From: an uncultured Lentimicrobiaceae bacterium
GTDB lineage: Bacteria; Bacteroidota; Bacteroidia; Bacteroidales; DASVHX01
Direction of reading: 5' to 3'
Assembly: GCA_964511085.1 (NCBI GenBank)
Contig: CAZEDO010000001.1
Coordinates: 39,942-103,941, forward strand
DNA length: 64,000 bases
In this document: positions 48,326 through 57,405 of the stretch, piece after piece
Layout of the letters: the number at the start of each line of letters is the position of its first letter
Position numbering within the stretch: position 1 is the first letter of the stretch
Program-made: the position numbers and the translations under genes
Notes under the pieces: model-generated
What the model was told of the DNA's origin: nothing
Databases searched by the model: none
The model's input: the letters and a program-made list of their open reading frames with translations, nothing else

Positions 48326-48335
48326 TTTAACCATT

Positions 48336-51300
48336 TCAATTCCTTTGCATATAAGGTGCATTTTGATACAATTCAAAATACTGATCGAAATAACCTTTGG
48401 CCTTTACCGATATTTCTTTCCTTCCATATTTGTCTGCTTCCCTGAAAATATGCTGCAACACTGCCAGTGCCTGCTGCCTGTCAGTATCGGTTTGAGCCGC
48501 CTTTTCAGCAGGAAACCTGAAATAATAAACCAGGTTTTGATAATACAATTCCGTAAGGCGGTTGTAAAGCATATCCCCTTTTTGAACTGCTCCTGCCTTA
48601 TAATAAACTTCGGCTAAAGGCAATAAGCTAAAATTATAGTGGATACTGGCGTCTGGCATCACCTGAAGGCAGCGGTCGCAAACAGCAACAGCAGAGTCCT
48701 TTTTATTTTCGTTAATCAGAGCCTTTGCAAGAATTCCGAAATTCGACCTGAAATTCATGATCAGCCTGCGATTGGTCTCGTCAAGGTAAACCTTAGGATT
48801 ATCCATGCCTCCCCATGTAAATCTATTCATATAGGAATCGTAAAGAATGTCAGAATTGACTGACCCTATCTGGTCATCAGGCTTTGATTTTTTTAAAGGA
48901 ACCAACCGGTATGCCAGCCCCTCAAGTTGAAGATAATCCTCAAGGCCAAGGTAGGCTTCTTTCCCGGTAGTAATAGCAAAATATACAGGCCGTTGCCAGT
49001 TGTTGTTTGCCAGCAGATCGAGTACCATAAGTTGATTCTTCTGGATAATGCGTCCACCAACACTGAATTTAATGGTATCAGCGATGGAATCAGCCATCGA
49101 CTTTGGCAGTGTACCCGAACGTAAAACGGCTTCCTTATCTATGGTTATTTTAAAATCATTGGTAGGGAAATAATCATAAGTACCGCCTTCTGCGTCAAAT
49201 TTAAGCTTGGTTTCATCCGTTTTCAGCAAATCGAAAATGTCTTTCAATTCAATATACTCCTTGTTGCTGTCATCGGCCATTAGATATGTGATATCATGTG
49301 AACCTGTCCTGTAAAGTGTTTCGGGAAGGCTAAAGGGAATAGGCTCAGAATTGTAAACCTTTCGGTTCATCTGGCTTATATACCAATCGGTTCCAAGGTA
49401 GCTAAGATTGACAACACGCACATCGGTTCGGTATCCTTCTACTTCCTGAGCATACCACAAAGGGAATGTGTCGTTATCACCAAGTGTGAAAAGAATGGCA
49501 TTCGGAGCGCATGAAGCCAGGTAGTTTTTGCCGATAGCTGTAGTAGTATATCTTCCGGAACGATCGTGATCATCCCATCCTTCCTTCGCCATAAGGCCGG
49601 GAACAAGCAGCAGGCATGCTAATGAAACTGTTATTGCTGAAAGCCGGTGATTTAACTTTTTCCCAAGCCAATCGGAAATGGCGAAGACACCCAACCCAAT
49701 CCAGATGGCAAAAGCATAAAACGATGCAGCAAATGCGTAATCACGCTCTCTTGGCTGTGGCGAGTATTGATTGAGGTAAACTACTATAGCAAGCCCGGTC
49801 ATCAGGAACAACAAGGCAACAATAATACTATCCTGATAATTCCGGTTGATATGGAAATAAAGCCCTGCCAGTCCGAGAATAAAAGGAAGGAGAAAGAAAA
49901 CATTATGTCCTTTGTTATCGCGGCTTTCCGGTAATTCAGTTTGAGGGCCTAAGCGATTATTGTCCAAAAAAGGAATTCCGCTTATCCAATTTCCATCCAG
50001 GTTGTCACCCAATCCCTGGTTGTCATTTTGCCGCCCTGCAAAATTCCACATGAAATAACGGAAATACATAAATTGAACCTGATAACTAAAGAAAAATCGC
50101 AGGTTTTCGCTGAAAACAGGTTTCATCAGTGTATCTTTCCTTCCTTCATCCCCAGTTACTTCCACAGGCACGCCTTTAACTTTTCCCCAGCTTTTGTACT
50201 GGTCTGCATGCACTTTTTCGGAATTACTCCACATTCGAGGAAAGATAGTTGTAAAACTGGGGTCATAAACCGGGATGCTGCGTTTATTATAATCCTTCAC
50301 CACATATTTTCCTTTCACCATATCCTTTGTATACACAGGGTTTCCATCCTTGAAACCTATCATAGGCGCATTATAATATTGCCCGCTAAAGAGAGGCCAT
50401 GTTCCATATTGATCCCGGTTGAGATAAGACAAGAGGTTTACAGCATCATCAGGCCTGTTCTCGTTTATAGGAGTATCAGCATTAGCACGGATCACCAGCA
50501 TCAGGAAGGATGAGTAACCGACAAGGATAAACAGAAAGCTTAGAATAATGGTGTGCATGACAACCTGTTTCCTTTTAGCGAAAAACATTAATGCCCATAC
50601 AATACTGGCAATCAGCGCCAAAAAATAAATGATTGTGCCTGAATTGAATGGCAGCCCGAGCCCGTTAACAAATAAAAGTTCGCTAAGCCCCGCCAGTTTC
50701 ACAATCCAGGGAATTATTCCATACATGATCCCTGCAAGGATTAGGAATGACATCAGCAAAGCAGCTAGTACACCTTGTAGCTTTGGTTCTTCCGTTTTCC
50801 GGAAATAAAATACGAGCGTAATTGCAGGAATAGCCAACAAGTTAAGCAAATGAACTCCAATCGACAACCCCATAAGATAAGCAATAAGGATAATCCACCG
50901 GTATGAGCCAGGGGTGTCCGCATCTTCTTCCCACCGGAGGATTGCCCAAACAACAATTGCCGTAAAAAATGATGATAATGCATACACTTCCCCTTCAACA
51001 GCTGAAAACCAAAAAGAATCAGAAAATGTATAAGCTAAAGAGCCGACCAATCCGCTACCGATAACTGTGTAAAGAGATCCTCCTGAAATTTCTGTTCCTT
51101 TGGGTAAGAGTTTACGGGCCAGATGAGTTATTGACCAGAAAAGGAACATAATTGTGAAACCACTTGCAAGGGCCGACATGGTATTTACCATCTTCGCTAC
51201 CAACAAAGTATTGCCCATTGCGAATAACGAAAAGAACCGCGCAAGCATCTGAAAAAGTGGTGCACCTGGCGGATGGCCAACCTGCAGCTTAAAACCTGTT

Positions 51301-51422
51301 GCAATGTATTCGCCACAATCCCAAAAACTGGCAGTTGGTTCGGAAGTGAAAATATAAACAGAGGAAGCAATAGTAAATACTGCCCATCCAATAAGCGTGT
51401 TAAGGCGTTTGTAGGTTGCCAT
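48336..51422 (-). CDS. DUF2723-family large polytopic membrane protein (PMT/ArnT-like glycosyltransferase fold)
   Basis: 1028 aa. The N-terminus TASFWDCGEYIATGFKLQVGHPPGAPLFQMLARFF is the hallmark of DUF2723. More than ten TM helices are followed by a soluble, TPR-like C-terminal region. Confidence 0.8.
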   Translation of the reverse strand: MATYKRLNTLIGWAVFTIASSVYIFTSEPTASFWDCGEYIATGFKLQVGHPPGAPLFQMLARFFSLFAMGNTLLVAKMVNTMSALASGFTIMFLFWSITHLARKLLPKGTEISGGSLYTVIGSGLVGSLAYTFSDSFWFSAVEGEVYALSSFFTAIVVWAILRWEEDADTPGSYRWIILIAYLMGLSIGVHLLNLLAIPAITLVFYFRKTEEPKLQGVLAALLMSFLILAGIMYGIIPWIVKLAGLSELLFVNGLGLPFNSGTIIYFLALIASIVWALMFFAKRKQVVMHTIILSFLFILVGYSSFLMLVIRANADTPINENRPDDAVNLLSYLNRDQYGTWPLFSGQYYNAPMIGFKDGNPVYTKDMVKGKYVVKDYNKRSIPVYDPSFTTIFPRMWSNSEKVHADQYKSWGKVKGVPVEVTGDEGRKDTLMKPVFSENLRFFFSYQVQFMYFRYFMWNFAGRQNDNQGLGDNLDGNWISGIPFLDNNRLGPQTELPESRDNKGHNVFFLLPFILGLAGLYFHINRNYQDSIIVALLFLMTGLAIVVYLNQYSPQPRERDYAFAASFYAFAIWIGLGVFAISDWLGKKLNHRLSAITVSLACLLLVPGLMAKEGWDDHDRSGRYTTTAIGKNYLASCAPNAILFTLGDNDTFPLWYAQEVEGYRTDVRVVNLSYLGTDWYISQMNRKVYNSEPIPFSLPETLYRTGSHDITYLMADDSNKEYIELKDIFDLLKTDETKLKFDAEGGTYDYFPTNDFKITIDKEAVLRSGTLPKSMADSIADTIKFSVGGRIIQKNQLMVLDLLANNNWQRPVYFAITTGKEAYLGLEDYLQLEGLAYRLVPLKKSKPDDQIGSVNSDILYDSYMNRFTWGGMDNPKVYLDETNRRLIMNFRSNFGILAKALINENKKDSAVAVCDRCLQVMPDASIHYNFSLLPLAEVYYKAGAVQKGDMLYNRLTELYYQNLVYYFRFPAEKAAQTDTDRQQALAVLQHIFREADKYGRKEISVKAKGYFDQYFELYQNAPYMQRN

Positions 51423-51571
51423 TCTTATAATATTTCTTTTAAAAATTCGATGATGCGTTGCGAAGGTAAGAAAATTTAAGCCTGCTGATCAGTTTGGGAA
51501 ATAGTCCAAGATATAGTTGCTTATTAGCTGAATCTCCTTTAGGAAATTTTACCCTGAACAGAAAATTAGCG

Positions 51572-51579
51572 TAATTTTG
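51572..51579 (+). promoter_or_regulatory. -7 box (TAnnTTTG) upstream of gpmA
   Basis: TAATTTTG lies 66-73 nt upstream of the ATG. Confidence 0.35.
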
Positions 51580-51644
51580 CTCATGCTTTTCCCGCAAACC
51601 GGAAGAACTGGAAATAAACGAATATAAAACTTAAACGCTTTAAT

Positions 51645-52394
51645 ATGAAAAAGTTAGTTCTTATCCGCCATGGAGAAAGTTTATGGAACAAAGAAAACCG
51701 TTTCACAGGTTGGACTGATGTTGATCTATCAGAAAGAGGTTTTGCTGAAGCCCATGAAGCTGGGAAAGTGCTGAAAGAAAATGGCTTTAACTTTTCTCTC
51801 GCATATACATCCTACCTCCAGCGTGCTATTAAGACCCTAAATATTATCCTTGAAGAAATGGATCTGATGTGGATTCCTGTTCTTAAAAGCTGGCGGCTTA
51901 ATGAAAAACATTATGGCAATCTGCAAGGATTAAATAAAGCTGAAACTGCCGAGCGTTATGGCGACGATCAGGTTCATATCTGGCGTAGGAGCTATGATGT
52001 ACCTCCTGCTCCTTTAGCTGATAGTGATGAACGTAATCCGCGCCTCGACCCAAAATATAAAGGTGTTCCGGCCATGGAAATTCCTTTAACTGAATCATTA
52101 GAAGACACAGTTGCCCGTATGATCCCATACTGGGAAAACGATATACGGAAATCATTGCTATCAAATGACCAGGTTTTAGTTGCAGCTCATGGGAATAGCC
52201 TTCGTGCTGTGATCAAAACACTGAAGAACATCAGCGACAGCGATATTGTCAGCCTTAATCTTCCTACCGGTATTCCTTATGTATTTGAATTTGACGATCA
52301 ACTAAATCTAATAAAAGACTATTTCCTTGGCGACGAAGAAACTATCCGCAAACTAATGGAAGAAGTCGCTAACCAAGGCAAAGCTAAAAAGTAA
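51645..52394 (+). CDS. gpmA: 2,3-bisphosphoglycerate-dependent phosphoglycerate mutase
   Basis: 249 aa with [29 protein letters not shown] (RHGE catalytic His), plus LNEKHYG and AAHGNSLRA. Confidence 0.95.
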   Translation: MKKLVLIRHGESLWNKENRFTGWTDVDLSERGFAEAHEAGKVLKENGFNFSLAYTSYLQRAIKTLNIILEEMDLMWIPVLKSWRLNEKHYGNLQGLNKAETAERYGDDQVHIWRRSYDVPPAPLADSDERNPRLDPKYKGVPAMEIPLTESLEDTVARMIPYWENDIRKSLLSNDQVLVAAHGNSLRAVIKTLKNISDSDIVSLNLPTGIPYVFEFDDQLNLIKDYFLGDEETIRKLMEEVANQGKAKK

Positions 52395-52399
52395 GACTA

Positions 52400-53116
52400 A
52401 TGGGTCGTAATTGGGTAATCCCCGACAGCCACGGCTGCCTTAAAACTGTTCGTGCTTTGGTAGAAGATTTGATCCACCTCAGGCGAGATGACAAACTATA
52501 TTTTCTTGGTGATTACGTTGACCGTGGCCCTGACTCAAAGGGTTTGATAGATTATATCATGAAACTGGCATTCGACGGTTACAATGTCACAGCCATCCGC
52601 GGCAACCATGAAGATTTTATGGTGAGGGTATGGGAAGAAGCAAACCAGACCTGGAGACTCAGTAATATGCTGAACAAGGGAAAAATACGCAAGGAATGGA
52701 TAGAAAGTGGAGGAGAATCAACTCTGCAGAGTTTCGGAACTATTGACGTCCGGTCAATTCCTGTTGCTTATATTGATTGGATTAAGTCGTTACCTTTATA
52801 TGTTGAGGTTGAAAATTATATTCTCGTTCATGCTGGGTTTAATTTCGAGGTTGAAGATATATTTTCTGACGAACAAGCCATGATGTGGGCTCGTGATTAC
52901 ACAATTATCCCTGAAAAAATAAATTTTCGCCGGATTATACATGGCCATGTGCCAGTTCCTCTTGATTTTATCGATGCCAACCTGCATTCCAGCACTTTTC
53001 AATTTATTGCCATTGACAATGGCGTGTACATGAATGATCGCCCTGGTTTTGGCAATCTCACAGCTCTTGAACTTTCCACCCTTGAACTATTGATACAGCC
53101 TAATCTGGATATGTGA
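52400..53116 (+). CDS. Metallophosphoesterase (PPP-family Ser/Thr phosphatase, ApaH/PrpE-like)
   Basis: 238 aa with IPDSHGC, LGDYVDRGPDS, RGNHE, and HGH. The gap after gpmA is 5 nt. Confidence 0.8.
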   Translation: MGRNWVIPDSHGCLKTVRALVEDLIHLRRDDKLYFLGDYVDRGPDSKGLIDYIMKLAFDGYNVTAIRGNHEDFMVRVWEEANQTWRLSNMLNKGKIRKEWIESGGESTLQSFGTIDVRSIPVAYIDWIKSLPLYVEVENYILVHAGFNFEVEDIFSDEQAMMWARDYTIIPEKINFRRIIHGHVPVPLDFIDANLHSSTFQFIAIDNGVYMNDRPGFGNLTALELSTLELLIQPNLDM

Positions 53117-53192
53117 TGTAGTCCTGATTTCGAAATGAGCGCGTTGTGATGGCAGCTCTTCATTTTCTCATTTTAAGCGCAGAATAAAAATC

Positions 53193-53225
53193 AAAAAAAA
53201 GTCCTCTTAAAGAGGACTTTTTTTC
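53193..53225. terminator. Bidirectional rho-independent terminator between convergent genes
   Basis: An A8 run, then stem gtcctct / agaggac with loop taa, then a T-run (53218-53225). Confidence 0.75.
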
Positions 53226-53239
53226 AAAGTGAAATGAGA

Positions 53240-55114
53240 CTATTCCACAACAATTTTCTTTGTAATAGCAGTATCACCAGCTTTTACTGTATAGAAATAT
53301 ACACCTGACTGTAGTTTGCTGCCATCAATCTGGAGGGTACGCGCACCTGACTGTAAATTGACGTTTTGAGCAGAAACTACCTGCCCAATCAGGTTTTGCA
53401 ACCTGATACTTACATTAGCTGCTTTAGCAAGTGTTAACGTTGCATAAGAAACAGTCTGACATGGGTTAGGATAGATATCGGATACGTTGACTAAAGATTT
53501 TTCCTCAGAAGATTTGATATTTACATTTATCACATCAGTTTTGGGAATTGCTGCATAGTTCTGACGATTCTCCTGTGGATCGTGATCAGGAACTGTAGTT
53601 AAAGTAAGTCCGGGACTATCATCAGCATTATAGATTAAATGAACAGATGGACCATCTGTATTAGGGACTATCTGAGGATAAATACACTCGTCAAAAGCAT
53701 GGATAGGACTACCGGTAACGTCATAAAAATTACGCCAGGTAGTGCCTCCGTCAGGAGAGCCACGCAACCATATATGTTTGTAATTGAAAATGGTGTTATC
53801 ATAATTTTCCATCAGGGAAGCATAAGTAACGAAGACGTAATTATCTGCATCAACTGATATGCTCGGCATTGTTGACATTCCACACTGGGGATTGTAAACA
53901 TACGGCGGATCTATTAACGTAATTGTGCCATCGGCATCCATATCCTGCATCCAGCCTATAAGGTTCACATTTTCAACCAGGAAGCCAGGGGAAGTACATA
54001 GAGCTTTATGTTGATTTTCATTTGTGAAAGGCGGCATATCCTCGTTCCAATAACCTACTCCATCGGTATATGGCCAGTAACTATAGGTGGTTGTATTATC
54101 AGTGTGTGCAATCCTGCCGATTCCAAAAGCTACATGGGCTTTTCCTGTATTATCAAGGGCAAGAGAGGCCGATTCGGGGCACCAGATAGTATCAGTTGTA
54201 ATAGTAGTGGCCCAATCCCAGAAAGGATAAGGATGCTCCCATATAACGGTTTTAGTCCATGTGTCACCATTATCTGTTGATTTCATCATGAACAAATCAG
54301 CCCATTTGCTGGAAACCAGGAAGGCGAGTGTATTTGCCTGAGGCTCTGCCCATATGTATTCGTCGCCTCCAATTTCGGTATAACTATCCGCACCGGTCCC
54401 GGGAAGTACTATATTATTAATATCCCATGTAGCTCCGGCATCCTGCGAACGGGAATAGAGCAAAGCTGTAGTTTGCCCTTCCCAGGCATTATATGAATTG
54501 GCAAGCAGATGGATCGTATTGTGATCGTCACCACTCGTCATTGCCCTTGCCCAAGCTAATTGTGTTCCTGTTGGTCCGAAATATGTCGATTCACCCCATG
54601 TACCGGTTCCTTTTTGAGCCCTCGTGCTTAGAAGCAAACACTTTTGCACCGTAAAATCGTGAGAAACTACTAATTCACCATTAGCTCCTAATGGCGCATA
54701 GCTGGGAAATCCTGTACGTACTGACTCTATCCTGGCAGTAGGTTCTGGCCCCCAATTGGTGCCGTCAAAATAATTGTAGCCGGTTCCTCTATCGGCATAG
54801 GCAGTAGCAGTCATTCCTCTGGTCCATACGGCAGCCATAGTTCCATCAGTATAACGGTAAAAACGATTGCTAAGCAAGGCATTTGTTTGAAGATCGTAAA
54901 CGGTAGTTCCAATCTGGGTTTCGTCAGGATCAAAAGCCCTGCTGACAGTTGGGTTTGCCGGTTGGGATAAAATAGATGAAGACAGATCAGTGATTGGGGT
55001 ATAGACCATTTTAACCGATTTGTCCCGTTGAGCTTTTGATACACTTATCCTTGACTGAGGGAAAGCATAAAATGTAAAACTCAATGCTAAACTTAGAAGT
55101 AATAGTTTTTTCAT
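53240..55114 (-). CDS. BNR/Asp-box repeat beta-propeller protein with a T9SS C-terminal sorting domain (paralog 1 of 4)
   Basis: The start is set at MKKLLLLSLALSFTFYAFPQ (signal peptide). Asp-boxes (S-x-D-x-G-x-T-W) are SRSQDAGATWD, KSTDNGDTWTK and GSPDGGTTWRN. The C-terminus reads IYPNPCQTVSYATLTL...GVYFYTVKAGDTAITKKIVV. Confidence 0.85.
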   Translation of the reverse strand: MKKLLLLSLALSFTFYAFPQSRISVSKAQRDKSVKMVYTPITDLSSSILSQPANPTVSRAFDPDETQIGTTVYDLQTNALLSNRFYRYTDGTMAAVWTRGMTATAYADRGTGYNYFDGTNWGPEPTARIESVRTGFPSYAPLGANGELVVSHDFTVQKCLLLSTRAQKGTGTWGESTYFGPTGTQLAWARAMTSGDDHNTIHLLANSYNAWEGQTTALLYSRSQDAGATWDINNIVLPGTGADSYTEIGGDEYIWAEPQANTLAFLVSSKWADLFMMKSTDNGDTWTKTVIWEHPYPFWDWATTITTDTIWCPESASLALDNTGKAHVAFGIGRIAHTDNTTTYSYWPYTDGVGYWNEDMPPFTNENQHKALCTSPGFLVENVNLIGWMQDMDADGTITLIDPPYVYNPQCGMSTMPSISVDADNYVFVTYASLMENYDNTIFNYKHIWLRGSPDGGTTWRNFYDVTGSPIHAFDECIYPQIVPNTDGPSVHLIYNADDSPGLTLTTVPDHDPQENRQNYAAIPKTDVINVNIKSSEEKSLVNVSDIYPNPCQTVSYATLTLAKAANVSIRLQNLIGQVVSAQNVNLQSGARTLQIDGSKLQSGVYFYTVKAGDTAITKKIVVE

Positions 55115-55299
55115 GTTACTGATTTTAAGGTTAAACAATTTTATTGGCTGAATAATTAACTTTATAAGAGATTTTTTGAACACAAACTAATTCATTACAT
55201 GACTTTATACAACTAACAAACATAAAGAAAATAATAAGTACCAAAGCATTTTCTACTTAATAATTTATTCTTTAAGATATCTTGCAAAAATTCAGGTAT

Positions 55300-55328
55300 A
55301 AAAAAGTCCCCATTCAGGGGACTTTTTT
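55300..55328 (-). terminator. Rho-independent terminator of paralog 2
   Basis: Stem agtcccc / ggggact with loop attca, flanked by an A-run and a T-run. It lies 17 nt downstream of the stop at 55345. Confidence 0.7.
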
Positions 55329-55344
55329 AAATGGTAAATTATGA

Positions 55345-57210
55345 TTATTTCACAACCATTTTCTTAGAAACTTTAGTATCACCAGCTTTTACTGTGTAGA
55401 AATAAACACCGGCGTTCAGTTTGTTTACGTCAATTTGTACTGTACGCGCTCCAGCTTGTAAAGCGATGTCCTGTGTAAGCACTTCCTGTCCAAGCAAATT
55501 CTGCAAGCTGATTCTAACATTAGCAGCTTTTGCTAGAGTAATGCTAACATGGGCATTATCCTGACAAGGGTTAGGATATATTTCGGATAGTTCCACCATG
55601 TTTTTGGCTAAAGGAGTATTGATATTTACATTGATAAGATCCGTTTTTGGAATTACTGCGAAATTCTGGCGGTTTTCCTGAGGATCGTGGTCCGGAGGTG
55701 TGTTCAATGTAATACCGGGGCTGTCATCAGCATTATAGACCACGTAAATATTATCACCTTCACAATTAGCTGAAAGCAGTGGCCAGATACATTCGTCAAA
55801 GGCATGAATAGGGCTGCTGGTCAAATCCATAAAATTACGCCATGTTTCACCACCATCAGAAGAAGCACGCATCCATATATGCTTGTAATTGAAAATTGTA
55901 TTATCATAATTTTCCATAAGCGAAGCATATGCAACTACTACATCGTTATTTTCATCAACAGTAATATTTGGCATTGTCGAAATTCCGATCTGCGGATTAT
56001 ATGAAAACAGAGGATCAATAAATGTTAATGTTCCGTCACTGTCCATATCTTGTGCCCAACCGATGTAATTTACATTTTCAACCAAAAAACCCGGATCAGT
56101 GCAAAGAGCCTTATGTTGATTTTCATTAGTGAAAGGAGGCATATCCTCATTCCAGTAACCAACTCCATCGGTATATGGCCAGAAACTATAGGTAGTTGTT
56201 GCCTCAGGATGAGCAACCCTGCCAATACCAAAGGCAACATGTGCTTTGCCACTAGCGTCGAGGGCTACAGATACCGATTCCGGAGCCCAAATAGTATCAG
56301 TTGTAAGCGTACTGGCAAAATCAAAGAATGGATACGGATTCTCCCATATTACAGTTTTTGTCCAGTTATCACCATTGTCAGTGGATTTCATTAGAAACAA
56401 GTCAATCCAGGGACTACCACATACAAAAGCAAGCGTATTTGCACGAGGCTCGGCCCAAACATATACATCAGCGCTTATTTCGGTATAGCTATCGGATCCG
56501 GTACCAGGAATAATCTGGTTATCGATATCCCAGGTAGCACCACCATCCTGAGAACGGGAATACAACAATGCCTGAGCTTGCCCCAGGTAGGCATTATAAG
56601 AATTACAGAAAAGATGTATAATATTATGATCCGGGCCATCAGTAATAACCCTTGGCCACGACAAACTTGTTCCTGTAGGTCCAACCCTGGGAGTTTGTGT
56701 CCATGTTCCAGTGCCTTTTTGTGGCCGTGAACTGATTTGCAAATCGTTAGCATCATGACATATAATAATTTCTCCGTTTGCGCCAAGAGGAGCATAGGAA
56801 GGCCAACCTGTTCGTAAATTTTCTACGCGGGAAGTTGGTTCCGGACCCCAATTGGTCCCATCGAAATAATTGTAACCGCTACCTCTGTCGGCATAAGCAG
56901 TAGCTGTCATTCCACGTGTCCATACAAAGGCCATAGTTCCATCGGTATGACGGTAAAAACGATTGCTCAGGGAGGCATTTGTTTGATTATCATAGAATGT
57001 AGTTCCAAGCTGTGTTTCGTCAGGATCGAAAGCCCTGCTAACAGTTTGGTTAGCTGGTTGAGATAGGATAGATGAGACTTCATCAGAAGCACGGGTATAA
57101 ACCCTTTCAACCGATTTGTTTCTCAAGGCATTTGAAATACGAGCTCTTGTTTGCGAAAATGCACAAACAGTCAAACTTAATGCCATACTTAATAGTAATA
57201 GTTTTTTCAT
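55345..57210 (-). CDS. BNR/Asp-box repeat beta-propeller protein with a T9SS C-terminal sorting domain (paralog 2 of 4)
   Basis: 621 aa with signal peptide MKKLLLLSMALSLTVCAFSQ. Asp-boxes are SRSQDGGATWD, KSTDNGDNWTK and ASSDGGETWRN. The C-terminus reads IYPNPCQDNAHVSITL...GVYFYTVKAGDTKVSKKMVV. Confidence 0.85.
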   Translation of the reverse strand: MKKLLLLSMALSLTVCAFSQTRARISNALRNKSVERVYTRASDEVSSILSQPANQTVSRAFDPDETQLGTTFYDNQTNASLSNRFYRHTDGTMAFVWTRGMTATAYADRGSGYNYFDGTNWGPEPTSRVENLRTGWPSYAPLGANGEIIICHDANDLQISSRPQKGTGTWTQTPRVGPTGTSLSWPRVITDGPDHNIIHLFCNSYNAYLGQAQALLYSRSQDGGATWDIDNQIIPGTGSDSYTEISADVYVWAEPRANTLAFVCGSPWIDLFLMKSTDNGDNWTKTVIWENPYPFFDFASTLTTDTIWAPESVSVALDASGKAHVAFGIGRVAHPEATTTYSFWPYTDGVGYWNEDMPPFTNENQHKALCTDPGFLVENVNYIGWAQDMDSDGTLTFIDPLFSYNPQIGISTMPNITVDENNDVVVAYASLMENYDNTIFNYKHIWMRASSDGGETWRNFMDLTSSPIHAFDECIWPLLSANCEGDNIYVVYNADDSPGITLNTPPDHDPQENRQNFAVIPKTDLINVNINTPLAKNMVELSEIYPNPCQDNAHVSITLAKAANVRISLQNLLGQEVLTQDIALQAGARTVQIDVNKLNAGVYFYTVKAGDTKVSKKMVVK

Positions 57211-57262
57211 GTCAATACGTTTTAGTGAAAATCGATTTTTTGGGAGAATTTTTTATTAGGTA

Positions 57263-57270
57263 CAAATATA
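57263..57270 (-). promoter_or_regulatory. -7 box (TAnnTTTG) for paralog 2
   Basis: The minus strand reads TATATTTG, 53-60 nt upstream of the ATG at 57210. Confidence 0.45.
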
Positions 57271-57341
57271 AGTAAAAAACAAGAAATAAAGCATATTCTA
57301 TGTGTAAATTCAGCTACAACAGATTTCTGCAATTCACATAT

Positions 57342-57373
57342 AAAAAAGAAGTGCAGGTGTTAGCCTGCACTTC
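57342..57373 (-). terminator. Rho-independent terminator of paralog 3
   Basis: Stem gaagtgcagg / cctgcacttc (10 bp) with loop tgttag, followed by a T-run on the minus strand (plus-strand aaaaaa at 57342-57347). Confidence 0.8.
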
Positions 57374-57405
57374 GAAGTCGGAAAGAATTCAAATAATAAT
57401 ATTTC

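Noticed and set aside
50028-50513. 161-aa plus-strand ORF inside the DUF2723 gene
   Set aside because: It is antisense to a continuous 1028-aa membrane-protein ORF that carries the family hallmark N-terminus. Its own translation is His/Ile/Phe-rich noise.
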